A stretch of DNA of 64,000 bases, taken from contig NC_087436.1 of the NCBI RefSeq assembly GCF_036321535.1, positions 85,066,001 to 85,130,000 on the forward strand, written 5' to 3'. This stretch comes from Camelus dromedarius (Eukaryota). The translations under genes and the position numbers were made by a program. Below are positions 1 to 12,986 of this stretch, piece after piece (position 1 is the stretch's first letter; each line of letters starts with the position of its first letter). The notes below the pieces were generated by a model. That model ran no database searches. It saw nothing but the letters and a program-made list of their open reading frames with translations, and was not told the origin of the DNA.

Positions 1-350
1 TTCCAATGTAATGTTTTAATGCTCAGAAATTTCCAGCAAAGAAAATGGCCATGAATAAGGGAATGGTTATATAAAAGGATTTACATCTTTGCCACGGAAT
101 TATTATGTAGTCATTTGTTGATACAAATTAAGTTGGCAGAGCAGATTCCACCATCTTGGTATTGTACGTGAAAAAAAAGTCATGTTCCAGAGAGAATGTG
201 TGTCATATGAATGCATTTTTATAAAGCATGCAGTTACTAACAACCATACATGATTTCTGGGCCAGAGAGAAAAAGCATGAGGGATCCACAGCAGATCCTA
301 ATATTGGCTAATATTGGGGAGGGCGTGGGGGTGGGCAGAGGGAGCACAAA

Positions 351-404
351 TGTATTTTTTTAAGATTCAGTACATATTGTATTTTTTCAAGATTCAGTAC
401 ATAT
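351..404. repeat. 27-bp tandem duplication
   Basis: tgtatttttt(t/c)aagattcagtacatat occurs twice (351-377 and 378-404) with one mismatch. Confidence 0.9.
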
Positions 405-605
405 TTACATAATGCCTATCATGCACCAGTCATGATTTTAAGTGTTTTATAAATATTAATTCATCTAATCCCCTGACAACTACCTGATACATGTTCTTTT
501 ATTATCCCCACTCTATAGATGGGAAAACCGAGGAACAGAGAATTAAGTAATTATTCAGGCAAGCCCAGTAAGTGGTAAAGCTGAAATTCAACACCAGAGT
601 TGGCT
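405..605 (-). mobile_element. MIR SINE
   Basis: Reverse MIR core: attatccccactctatagatgggaaaaccgaggaacagagaattaagtaa...gctgaaattcaac. Confidence 0.8.
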
Positions 606-1484
606 CACAGGCATGATGTCTGCTGTGTGTATAAAGGGGGATGGTGGGACTCCAGGCAATTTTTACTTGCTTCATGGACTTTGGTATATTATTTAAATGT
701 TTTATGATAAGTATGAACTATTTATTCAATTGGAAAGAAATAAAATATTATTTGTCCCCCTTAAAAAATGAATTACATTGATGAGATGGGGACTTGAGAC
801 AGAAAGGGCCTCCTGCTCTAAAGCCATAAGTGCATAATAGGGCAACGAAAACATTAGCTAGTGGTGTGTAATGGAACCGGCCTGGATTTTGGATTGTCAG
901 AATAAGAAAGGGGCTTCACTGCTAATTTAAGCAGCAATTCCAAGGGCCTCTCAGAAATCTGGAGAGACTTAGGCCCCTTATATTTTGGGGGCTCCCATAA
1001 TATTAAATGGAAGGAGAAGGAGGAGGGGAAGCGGAAGGGGGAGGAGGAAGAGAAGAAAATATACCAAAACAAGATTATAAAAATGGTGGGATGTTTTAAA
1101 ATAGTTTATGTTTTAACACATTCATATCACACAAGTACAACAAAACATATAGACTATTGGGAGTGTAGGATTTGTATTAACCGAGCACTACAGATGGAAT
1201 GGTCCAATGCTGAGCCCAAGTTTAAAATTGGATCACTAAAAACATGTTTTCCCCTTCTTTTCCAAATCCTATTATATCTCTATGACCACACATATAACTA
1301 TTTGGCAATAACACTAGATGTTTTCCTCATGTTTCTGGCAGCTCCCAGTAAACATCCTTTCCTTACTCTAAACACCAAGGAACCTAACTGTCTAGGTTTT
1401 TTACGTAAAGATAGAGCTCCTGCCTCCTAAGGCAGAGGGTTTTTAAGATGGGGGTGGAGAGCCATTTGAGAATCTGGTCCTTAA

Positions 1485-1702
<218 letters not shown>

Positions 1703-1759
1703 GACCCAAAACTCACGCAGACTGCAACACCAAATGTGCTTAACAACAGAGGCTATACC

Positions 1760-2260
1760 CCCTATGCCGCCCGCCGCCCTCGGCCCCTGGGAGAGCAGGG
1801 GCCTAATAGAAATCTTCCAGGTTGGAGTCGGGCTCTGAGCCTTGCTGGTTCTGAACGTGACCAGCACCAGTATCAACACCACGAACAGGAGAGACACCGC
1901 TTGGGGTAAATGCCCAAGACTAAGTGCGTCAGTACCCACAGCCACCTCCTGGGCCACGCCCCCGCGTTGCCTGGCAACAGAGCGGCGCCAAGCGCACCGC
2001 GTGAGAGGCTCTTGTTCTCCCCTGCCCCTCTCGATGGGCGGCGGGAACCGCTAGGAGCGCGGCGGGCTCCCTTGCCGCCTTGAGGGGCATCCGAGTCAGG
2101 AGTCCCCGCCAGGGCTAGGACGACGCCTGTGCGTGAGAAGCGAGGCGGAACACCATGCAGGTGGGAGTCGCGGCTGCCTTGGGGCATCTCAGCGGGGCCC
2201 CGGCTGGGCATGAAGCTGAGCACTGTCGGGAGGGAGGACTACGGGGGCTAGGTTCTAACG
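1760..2260 (+). promoter_or_regulatory. PDCL2: PDCL2 CpG-island promoter
   Basis: GC/CpG-rich block in AT-rich surroundings. Motifs: CRE-like TGCGTCA 1925-1931, SP/KLF box GCCACGCCCC 1953-1962, RFX X-box GTTGCCTGGCAAC 1966-1978 and E2F-type GGCGGGAA 2040-2047. Confidence 0.85.
2155..2160 (+). CDS. PDCL2: PDCL2 exon 1 coding part (Met-Gln)
   Basis: ACC ATG CAG|GTGGGA: A at -3 and a GT donor at 2161, inside a CpG island. Splicing in phase 0 to exon 2 gives MQDPNEDTEWN, the known PhLP2 N-terminus. Confidence 0.9.
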
Positions 2261-5200
2261 TTTGTTTTTTGTGAGAGCTAAACTTTTCGTGCGTCTCTGT
2301 CACGATTTGCTAGAAATTCAAATTAACCCTAGGAGAACGCCATTTTTCCAAATGAGTGTTTTGATTAAGACTTGGGTTTGTCGCTGGAGGAAGCTTTCCA
2401 ACTGCATCTCACACCTGAATCCTGGAAATCTTAACTGCAGCACTATTTCTGACTTAAGAAATAGACCAGTAACTTTAGCCCAAGTGTAATTCAATTTAAG
2501 TATCCTGCCCCACCACATGAAAAAAAAGATCAGATTTGCCTCATATTTGCCTCTGTCTTGATAAAGACCAGCAGTCCCTGGGGTTTCTCCGATGTGATCA
2601 CAAAACTCAGACTTCCAGTAATTCCTAAGAAGGCTGTTCCTCTGTCTAAAGCTGCCTTACTAACTAGAAGCCTGTGCTTTCATTTTTTATCGGAGTATAA
2701 TTATCTACTTCTGACTTCAGACACAGCTTCCCACCTGCTCCCCCAAATTAAAACCTTTATTTTTCTTGTTTTACATATTTAATTTTGGTAATTGTGTATG
2801 CTGTATAACTTATTAACATGTTTTCAACATAAATTACGTATAGTTTTTATGCATATTCCTTTTGTGTTAATAATAGGTTCCTAGCAAGTATGTTTTATTC
2901 ACTATGTAAAAACATTGCAGATTTGTCCTGATCTCGCATCTGCTCTTCAAGAAATAGCCTGAAGTGTAATTGAGAGTGAAGGCAACAGCATATTAATCTT
3001 TGTTCATTGATTGATTCAATAGCCAGTTATTTGGTGCTTATGTGTAGTTATGGACTTGTTCTAAAAGAGCTTACTATGGGGGAGTAAGAGGGGGTCAGAT
3101 TTAACTATTTATGTTATGATAAATGCCATAATACTTTTATCAAATAGATTATGGTGCCTATTTCTGTTTTTACAATTTCATAGATGATTTCTAAAAGCAA
3201 AGGGAAAAACAGAATATAGAGCGTTTACTATTAAATCCTATTGCAACTAACTCCTAGATCAGTTAAGGAATAGCAGCTAGAGAGGTATGAATAAAACCAT
3301 AAGTATTGTGATGTCATGAATATCAAGAAAGTGTTTCAACAAGAAAAGAATGACAAATTCTCCCCAGTTCTGCTTAAGGGATCAAATACAATGACTATCC
3401 ACTGAAAATAACAACATGGAGCTCTTAGGTGACTTTAGAACAATTTCAAAAGGAATGCTAGAGATAGAAGTCAACTTTTTGAGCAGTTTGAAGAATGAAC
3501 GAGGTAGAAGTGATTACAGCATATACAGACAATTACTTTAAGAAGTTTGAGTAGGAAGGAGAAAAGAGAAGATGGTAAGGGATGTGAAGTTCAGGGATGA
3601 TTTTTTTTTTAAGGCAATTGCTGGATATTTTGATGATCGTGGGCTAGATTATTTGGACCAACTCTTCTACTGAGTAGAAGTAAAAATTTTGGCTAGAATG
3701 TAAAACATACCTCTTTAAGCACATCCAAGGTAACATAATAGTAAACTACGAGACCAAAATCAAAGGGAAAGTAGACAGTTAGGTGAATGGATTTCCAGGG
3801 CTTTAACTCCACTTTTACCCCAAGGGTATCATAGCAATTTGCATTTTGGTCCTGGGTATAATCACAGGGTGAGGAGGAACCAAAAGGTGTGATTCATCAA
3901 AGTATGGGAGACTAATAAGAGTATGAGCCAGAGATAAAAACTCATGTCTAAGGAAATTCAGGGAAAGTTGTCTTGACGCTTAGCAGGGGAGGAAAAAAAA
4001 AAGAAAGAAATAAAACCTATCCCAAAGAAGTTATGGATCAGACAATGTTCACATAGATTGAACCTAAGGCATGTTGTCTGAGTGGTTCAACAAACTTCAA
4101 ACTGCAAATTTGTTACAAGTTAGTTATATATTGTAGTGCTCATAAGTGCTTGGAAGAAATAATGAATCTTCTGTGGAGGAATACGTCTTTATTTTAGTTC
4201 TCAAAGAATTCTTGCAGATACATTCTCAAGGACATTAAGCAGAAGTCAGTCAAAAGGAATCAAGCACACAAGGAAATAGGGCACTATAAGCATCAACCAA
4301 CAAAAACAGACTTGCAGAGACTTCAATTATCTGAATGACTAGAAACAGGTTATAAAACCTCTATGCTTACTATGTTTAAAAAACAAAAAACCAAATTGGA
4401 ATTATCTTCAAGGAGTAGGAAATGATAAAAAGTGACCTTAAAAATTTGATGAAGACATTTGTATACACTGCAATGAATAATGAAGAAAATTAAGAAAAAC
4501 AATTCCGTGTATAATTGCATCAAAAAGAATAAAATATTTAGGAATAAGTGTAACCAAGGAGACAAAAGACTTGTACACCAAAAACTACAAAACATTGATG
4601 AAAGAAATTTAGGCATAAATAAGTAGAAAAGCAGCCCATGCCCATGGATTGGAAGACTTAATATTGTTAAGATGTCAACACTTCCTAAAGCAATCTATAG
4701 ATTCAGTGTAATCCCTATCAAAATCCCAATGACTTTTTTTTTTGTAAAAATAGAAAAACCCATCCTAAAATTCATATGAAATCTTAAGAGACCCCAAATA
4801 GTCAAAACAGTGTTGAAAAAGATGAACAAAGTGGAGTACCCACATGTTCTAATTTCAAAATACACTACAAAGCTGCAGTAGTCAAAACAGTCTGGTAGTG
4901 GCAGATTAAACAAACATACAAGTCAATGGGATAGAACAGAGAGCCCAGAAGGTAGCCCTCACATATACAGTTAAGTGATTTTCAACAAGAGTGCCAAGAC
5001 CATTCAAGTGAAAGAATAGTCTTGACAAAATGTGTTGGGAAAGCTGGATATCCATATGCAAAAGAATGAAGTTGGACTCCTAACTTACATTACAAGCAAA
5101 AATTAACTGAAAAGCCATCCAAGGCCTAGATTTAAGAACTAAAACTATAAAACACTTAAAAGAAAACATAGGGAGAAATTGCTGTGACATTGAATTGACA

Positions 5201-5430
5201 ATTATTTCTTGGATATGACACCAAAAACAAAGGTAATTTAAAAAATAGATAAATTGGACTTCATCAAAATTTAAAATAGTTATGCATCAAAGGCCACTAT
5301 CAAAAGAGTGAAAAGACAACCCACAGAACAGGAAAAAATATTTGCAAATCATATAATTATAAAGGATTAATATTTATAATATATAAACAACTCCTAAAAT
5401 TCAACATCAAAAGACAAACCAACTAATTAA

Positions 5431-5633
5431 AAGTAAGCATATGAAAAGATACTTCAGATATGTCATTTGGAAAATGCAAATTAAAACAAGAAGTCACTAC
5501 AAACCTATTAGAATGGCCAAAATCTGGAACATTGATAACACCAAATGCTGGAGCGGACTGGAGAAATAGGAACTCTCATTCATTGCTAGTGAGAATACAA
5601 AATGGTACAGCCACTTTGAAAGACAGTTTGGCA

Positions 5634-5665
<32 letters not shown>

Positions 5666-6590
5666 GCAAAATAAACATACTCTTACTATATGATCCAGCT
5701 ATCAAGCTCCTTGGTATTTATCCAAAGGAGTTGAAAACTTATGTTCACCCAAAAACAGATGTTTACAGCAGCTTTATTCAGAATTGCCAAACTTGGAAGC
5801 AACCAAGGTGTCCTTCACTAGGTGAGTGGATAAATAAACTGTGGTACATCCAGATAATGGAATAGTATTCAATGCTAAAAAGAAATGAACTATCAAGCCA
5901 TGGAAAGACATAGAGAAACATTAAATGCATATTGCTAAGTGAAATAAGCCAATCTGAGAAGGCTACATACTATGTGACCCCCAACTATATGACAATCTGG
6001 AAAAGGCAAAACTGGCAACAGTAGAAAGATCAGGGGTTACCACAGGTTGGTAGGGGAGAGAAGTGAATATGCAGACCACAGAGGAATTTTAGGGCAGTGA
6101 AAATACTCTATATGATATCATAATGGTGAATATATGTCATTATACATTTGTCTAAACCCACAGAATATACAGCAAAAGTGAACCATAATGTACACTCTAG
6201 ATTTTGAGTGATTATGATGTGTCAACAGAGGTTCATCAATTGTAACAAATATTCTGGTGGGGGATGTTGATAATGGGGGAGGCAGTGCATGTGTCGGGGC
6301 AGGAGGTGTATTGGAAATCTCCTTGCTGTTAACTCAAATTGTGAACCTAAAACTGCTTAAAAAAATAAAGTCTTAAAAATAAAAAAAATTTTGTTGCTGT
6401 TTTGTTTTGGCTTTAAATGAGGAATTTTGCTTTAAACAAAAATATCACTTTGGTGAGAAGTGTTGATAATGGAGGAGGTTAGCATGTGTGGAGACAAAGG
6501 GCATATGGGAGATCTTTGTTATCACACCCCTCAATTTTGCTGTGAACTTAAAATGACTCTAAAAAATTGATATAATGAAAAATGTTTTTT
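5431..6590 (+). mobile_element. L1MC-like 3' end, plus a second short copy of the terminus, nested in the L1 above
   Basis: Motifs ctatcaagccatggaaagacat...tgttgataatgggggaggc...gtgaacctaaaactgct; the terminal segment recurs at about 6440-6570. The host L1 resumes at about 6600 (aatgggcaaagaacttgaatagacat). Confidence 0.75.
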
Positions 6591-6951
6591 AATAAAAAAA
6601 TTTAATGGGCAAAGAACTTGAATAGACATCTCTTCAGAGAAGATATACAGATGGCCATTAAACACATAAAAATGTGCTCAGTATCATTAATCATTATATA
6701 AATGAGAAATGTAAATCAAAACTGCAATGGAATAGTAAGCCCATTAGGATAACTATTATCAAAAACAGAAAATGACAAATGTTGGTGAGGTTGTGGAGAA
6801 ATTGGAACCTTTGTACATTGCTGATGTGAATGTTAAATGGTGCAAATTGCTGTGGAAAATATTAGGGCAATTCCTCAAAAAATTATACATGGAATTATCA
6901 TATGTCCAGCAATTTCACTTCTAGGTATATACTCAAAAGAACTGAAAGCAG

Positions 6952-6987
6952 ATTGCTTCTCAGCCTTTTGGCTAAGATCAGGAGTAG
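6952..6987 (+). pseudogene. 3'-truncated, tailless U2 snRNA retropseudogene fragment (U2 nt 1-36)
   Basis: attgcttctcagccttttggctaagatcaggagtag matches U2 ATCGCTTCTCGGCCTTTTGGCTAAGATCAAGTGTAG at 32/36, and two mismatches are CpG transitions. It is flanked by the direct repeat AGAACTGAAAGCAG (6938-6951 and 6986-6999). Confidence 0.92.
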
Positions 6988-8139
6988 AACTGAAAGCAGA
7001 AACTCAAACGGGTATTTGTGTAGCTATGTTCATAGCAGCATTATTCACATTAGACAGAAAGTGGAAACAACTCATACGTCCATCAGTGGATGAATGGGTA
7101 AACTAATTGTAGTATATACTTAGAGTGAAATATTAGTCAGGCTTAAAATAGAAGGAAATTCTGAAACATGTTTCAACATGGATGATCTTTGAAAACATTT
7201 ATGCCAAGTGAAATAAGTTAGTCACCAATGGACAAATATTGTATGATTCCATTCATATGAGGTAGCTAGAACAATCCAATTCATAGAGACAAAGTAAAAT
7301 AATGGTTACCAAGGCTAGGGGACAGCTCAAGATGGGAAGCTGCTGTTTAATAGGTACAGAATTCCAGTTTGAGATGAAAAGTTCTGGTCATGGTTGCACA
7401 GTGTGAATGTACTTAATGCCCCTAAATTGTACACTAAAAAATGGTTCAAGTGGTAAATTTTATATTATTTATATTTTACCACAATATAAAATGTTGATAA
7501 AGAGCTAAATAAAAATTCTTAAAATGAAAAGCTAAAATAAAAGAAATAAAAATATCAGCAGGTAAGTTTATCAAATAGGTTGGACTATAAATATGGAAAA
7601 TATGAAAAAATAACAAATGAGATATATAGCATTTTAAGTTGTCATCTCAGATGTATAATTGAGAGAGAAAGGGGTAAAGGATTATTTGAAAAGAGAGTTG
7701 CTGTGAATTTTCCAGAACTATTAAAAGATACTATTCTATAGTTTCTAAAAGCCCAGGGAATTCACACAGGACAAATAAAAAGAAATACACAACTAAACAC
7801 ATTATAACAAAACTGCAGAAAAATACAAGGAAAATCTCAAATGCAGGCAAAGGAAAGACAGATTATCTTCAAAAGTCTGAGGTTGACAACTGAGTTCTCA
7901 ACAGCAACAATGTATCCAAAGGTAATGAAACAATATAATCAATGTGTTAAAAGAAAAAAAAAACTATACTCAGAAAACTTATTTTTACAAAAAGAGCAAA
8001 ATAAAAACATGCTTAATGTAATTGAGAGAATAATGCCCTAGCAGGCTAGGGGGAATTCTCAAGGTTGTACTTCAGGCTGAAAGAATTTTCCAGCTGGAAG
8101 TTCTGAGATTCAATTGAAAAAAAAGAAAGTGGTAAATAA

Positions 8140-8610
8140 CAATGGAATACTACTCAGCCATAAAAAAAGAATAAAATAATGATATTTGCTTCAGCATGGA
8201 TGGACCTGGAAATCATCATTCTAAGTGAAGCAGGCCAGAAAGAGAAAGAAAAGTACCATATGATATCACTTATATGTGGAATCTAAAAAAAAAGACACAG
8301 ATGAACTTATTTACAAAACAGAAACAGATTCACAGACATAGAAAACAAACTTATGGTCACCGGGGGGAATGGAGGTGGGAAGAGATAACTTGAGAGTTTG
8401 AGATTTGCAGATACTGACTACCACGTTGATAAACAACAAGTTTATACTGTACAGCACAGGGAACCATATTCAATATCTTGTAGTAACCTATAATGAAAAA
8501 GAATATGAAAATGAATATATTATGTATATGTATGACTGAAACATTATGCTATACACCAGAAATTGACACAACATTGTAATCTAACTGTACTTCAATTAAA
8601 AAAAAAGAAA
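8140..8610 (+). mobile_element. Relatively young L1 3' end (artiodactyl/camelid type)
   Basis: aatggaatactactcagccataaaa...gatgaacttatttacaaaacagaaacagattcacagacatagaaaacaaacttatgg...acaacattgtaatctaactgtacttcaatt followed by an A-tail. Confidence 0.8.
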
Positions 8611-8754
8611 ACAATATTAGTTATTATTATAGATAAAAAGATTTCTAGAAGAAAAAAGAGGAAGGAAAAAGAAAGAGAAAAGAAGAAAGAACAAACAACA
8701 ACAAAAACCCCACAAAATCTGAATGGACAGGTACTATATCTAATATCCTGAAAT

Positions 8755-9560
8755 TTAGCAGCTTAATACAGCAAGTATTTATTATCTCATAGTTTCTGGG
8801 GAGTCAGGCATTTGTGAGAAGCTTAGCCAGGTGGTTCTGGCTCAGGGTCTCTAATGAGATTGCAATCAACATGTCAGCTGGGGCTGCAGGATCTACTTCC
8901 AGTTTGACTGACTGACATGACTGTTGGCAGAAGGCTTCAGTTTCCCACCACTTGGACTTTCAATAGGGCTGTATTTTGGAGTGAACTGTGTCTCCCCCTA
9001 AATTTGTATGATGAGGCCATAACCCCACATATGACTGTATTTGGAGACAGGATGTTTAAGGAGGTAATTACAGTTAAATAAGGCAATGAGAGTGGGGTTC
9101 TGTTCTGATTGGACTGGTGTCCTAAAGAAGAAGAGACACTAGAGCATGTGCTCTCTCTGCACACACACAGAGGAAAGGCCGTGTGAGCACACAACAAGAG
9201 GATGGCCTCCTACAAGCCAGGAGAAGAACTCTTACCAGAACCAGCCTTGCTGGCCCCTTGATCTTAGACTTCCAGCCTCCAGGACTGTGAGAAAGTACAT
9301 TTCTACTTAAGCCACCTGGTCTGTGATATTCTACTGCAGCATCCCAAGCAGATTAACATAGGCTGCTTGAGTGTCCTCAAAACAGGGCCACTGGTCCCCT
9401 CAGAGCAAGTGATGAGAGAGACTCGAGAGGAAAAAGCAGCAGCAGTGCCTTTTACGACTGAGTCTTGGAAATCACACAGTGTTTTCAGTTTATTAGAAAT
9501 GAGACACTGGGTTCAGCCTATACTCAGTGGAAGGAAGATTAAGCTTCACCTCTCAAAAAG
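8755..9560 (-). mobile_element. MaLR LTR (MLT1F/G-like) split by a younger MLT1
   Basis: tttattatctcatagtttctggggagtcagg...ggttctggctcagggtctct; the element resumes after 9365 (cttgagtgtcctc). Confidence 0.7.
8972..9360 (+). mobile_element. MaLR solo LTR (MLT1A-like) with 5-bp TSD GGCTG
   Basis: MLT1 motifs (gtatttggagacagg, ttgatcttagacttccagcctccaggactgtgagaaa). GGCTG occurs at 8967-8971 and 9361-9365. Confidence 0.8.
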
Positions 9561-9779
9561 AGTATGAAAGAATTTGTGAAGATATTTTTAAACTACCACA
9601 ATAGGTTAAAAAGATTAGATATAGTTGAGGGCATTTTACAACTATATGGCAGTGGGTGACAGCAAACCACCATCTTACCGGGGATGTTGGAGGGCAAAAT
9701 TTGGGGCTGGTAGAGTGATAGAATTGTGAGGAAGTCTCAGAAAGGAAGGTAATCCAGAAGGGATGATCCTTAAATCCTA

Positions 9780-11430
9780 TGTAATAATCCACACAAATCC
9801 TTAATTGTCAGCTAAACTCCGTATGTATGTAGGAGACCCCAGGAAGCCTGGCAAAAAGCAACCACTAGAAGGTGAAAGAACTGAACTGATCTGAAATTTC
9901 GGCTGCTGTCCATTTCAGTTGTAATAGTTGGTGTTGAGTCTAGCCAAGTTTAACTGCCTGCAAGTATAAAAGTCAACACACTTCAGAGGAACATAAAGTC
10001 ATGAATTTCTATGATGTGTCATCCTCAATGTCTAATATTCAATAAAAAGTTAGACAAGAAAAAAAAAAGCCATATTCAAAACATGACTCACACTCAAAAG
10101 GAAAGCAATCAATGGAAACAGATCCTGAGATTATTCTGATGTTGACATTAGCCAATAAGGAATTTAAAGCAGCTATTATAAATATATTCAAGGACTTAAA
10201 GGAAATGAATTCACAGATGGAGAATGTTAACAGAATTAGAAGCAGTCATTAAATAATCATATGGGAATTCTTGAACTGGAAATATCAACAACTGAAATTT
10301 AAAAATTCACTGAATGGGCTTAATAGCAGATTGGAGATGGCAGGAGAGTCAGGGAACTTGAAGATGCATCAATAGGAAGTATCCAATTTTAAGAACAGAT
10401 AGAAAACTATTAAAAGTCAATAGAGATCCAGTGGACTGAGGGGACATTATTAAATGGATTAACCATGTATTAAAGGAATACATGGTTAACATGTAACAAA
10501 CTAGGAGGGGAAAGATAGAGGGCAGAAATAAAGTAAATGATGGGTAAAATTGCCCAGTTTGGATCATAAACAAGGCAATACATTTCAAAAAATGGAAACT
10601 TTAACAAAGTATGTTTTCTGGCCAAGCAGAATTAAGTTAGAAATTATTAATAAGATACCTAGAAAAGCCCCAAATATTTGAAAATTAAGCAACATTCTTC
10701 CAAATAAAAATATCAGCAAAAATCACAAGTAGGATTAGAAATGTTTTTAACTGAATAATAATAAAAATACAACATACCAAAATTTGTAGGATGTGGCTAT
10801 AGGCTTTGTTAAAGGGAAATTTGTAGCTTTAAGTGGCTATATTAGAAAAGAAAAGTTTATAGTCAATGATCTAAGCTTCCACTTCGAAGTAGAAAAAAAT
10901 ATGAGCAAAACACAATAGGATTTTCTTTTTCTGTTAGGTGTTCCCCTTTTTGTTTCTAATATTGGTTATTTGTACCTTCTCAGTTTTCTGTATCAATCTC
11001 GGCAAGTGTTAATTAATTTATTTGTCTTCTCTAAAAATTATTTTTTGACCTTGTTAATCTACTCTGTTATATATATTAAATTTTTCTTTTATCAATTTCT
11101 ATTTTATTATTTCCTTCCTTTTACCTTTGGTTTATTTTGGTTTTCTTTTACCAACTTTTTAGGTTGGATGCTTGTATTTTAATTTGTAAGCCTTTTTCAT
11201 TTTCAAATATGTTAAATTAAGGGTAAAAAACTCCTTTTATGAACTGCGTTGGTTGCAGCCCACATATTTTTGGTATGTGGCTTTATTATTATCATTCAAT
11301 TCCCAATGCTTTTAAATCCCTATTGTGATTTCTTCTTTGACATTAAGGTCATTTAGAATTTTTTAAATTAAATTCCAAATAAATGATAATCTCCTAGTTA
11401 TCATTTTCTTTTGATTTTTGTCCTTGGTCA
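9780..11430. mobile_element. Old L1 fragments (+ strand to about 10915, - strand about 10920-11430)
   Basis: A-rich ORF1/ORF2-like sequence (cactgaatgggcttaatagcagattgg; aacataccaaaatttgtaggatg) switches to T-rich antisense L1 sequence. Confidence 0.65.
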
Positions 11431-11858
11431 CAGTACTCAAATCTGTGGACCTTTATTCAATTTCTCCACCTCCTGACCTCTTCCAGAATTGGCAGTTGAC
11501 CCAAGGGCAATGGACCCAAACATAAAGCTGCTCTCTCTGGATCTCCTTTTCATCTGGGATGTTCTTGCCATAATTCTTTTCACTGCCTTATTGATTCTCC
11601 AGTGGCTTCAAACTGGTTTTCATCTATATTGTCCAGTTTTACTGGCTGTTCTCAGTAAAAGGCTTGATCCAAAATATCTAGTCTGACATTACCAAATGCG
11701 TAACTCCTGCTGGTGGTGATTTTTAATTGTTATGACATATAGAAAGAATGGGGATCAGAAGATCCTGTGGATGGAGAGACCAGTAAAAGACCCTGTATGA
11801 ATAAAAATCCAAAACTTTGGCCAAAGAATAGAATGAAGAGGAGAAATAAGATGATACT

Positions 11859-12410
11859 TGTATTATTTATGCATTGTTGCATAACAAATTTCCACAAACT
11901 TGGTGAGTTAAAATAACACATTTATTATCTCAGTTTTTATGGGTCAAGGGTCCAAGCATTGCTTATCTGGGTCCTCTGCTTCAGAGTCTTCCACAAAGAG
12001 TCAGCTAGAGGTGGGGTGCATCTAAAGGTACAACAGAGGAAGGGTCCACTTCTAAGTTCACTTACATGGTAGTTGGCAGAATTCAGGATTTTTTTGGAGG
12101 TATTTGACTGAGAATCTCGGTTTCTAGCTGATTGTTGAGTACATTCTCCTTGTCACATAGTTGTCTCCATGGCAGCCTCACAATATTTCAGCTTACTTCA
12201 TCAAAGCCAGCAAGTCAGAGAGAGTACTGGCAAGATGGGAATTAGTCTTATGGAATAAAATCACAGAAGTGATACTCCTTTACCTTTGCCTTATTCTATT
12301 GATTAGAAGCATGTCATGGTTCTCACCCATAATCAGAGAGAGGATTATGCAGGTTGTGAATACCCAAAGGTGGCAATCATTCAAGGCCATCCTATCCTTT
12401 GTTTGCCAAA
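11859..12410 (-). mobile_element. MaLR LTR (MLT1E/F-like)
   Basis: tgtatta...ttgttgcataacaaatttccacaaacttggtgagttaaaataacacatttattatctcagtt is a typical reverse MLT1 terminus. Confidence 0.75.
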
Positions 12411-12986
12411 GTATTCACTCAAAACAATAGTTAATATGTGACAAACAACTTCAGGAAGAGCAGCAAATAAAACATCAAAGCCTAAGTAACAAAGAAAACA
12501 AGGTTAAATTTCAAAGAAGGAAATTATGGTTAGACAGAAATTGAACTATGAAAAGATTCCTAGCTTCTTCTAAGATTTAACTTGTGAGTAAGAGTCCCAT
12601 GAAGTGATATAACTGAAAAGAAGCAAGTTCACCTGGAGTTCTTGAATGCCTATGTAGAAAAAGAAAACAGTATTTGCATGCTGTGGATTGGTTTTACCTA
12701 CTACAGTCTTCAAATAATTTTCCATGACTTATACAAGTTTCTTCATTAACACTTGATATATACATAACTTTAAGAGTAGAGGATACATTCTGTTTATCAA
12801 AGTATATAGTCATATTAGTACTGGGAAATGGGGAAAAAGTAGGCCATTTTGTTCTATTCTTTGAAACTAATGATCTAGTGTATCTGTAGAGTTCATGAAC
12901 AATTACATAGGAAATGCAATATATCAATTTTACACATATTAAAATGCACAATTATGCTAATAGATTTTCTATTTTTTTTAATATAG

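Larger units (their letters stand above)
4456..7487 (+). mobile_element. 5'-truncated L1 (L1MB-like ORF2 end plus 3' UTR) with nested insertions
   Basis: L1 ORF2 3' motifs (catggattggaagacttaatattgttaagatgtc; gacttcatcaaaatttaaaa) and an L1MB-type end (ttttaccacaat). Possible decayed TSD aaaatttgatgaaga (4441-4455) / aaaatgttgataaaga (7488-7503). Confidence 0.85.

Noticed and set aside
1401..1408. TTACGTAA PAR-bZIP/D-box-like palindrome upstream of PDCL2
   Set aside because: A single 8-mer outside the island with no supporting context is compatible with chance.
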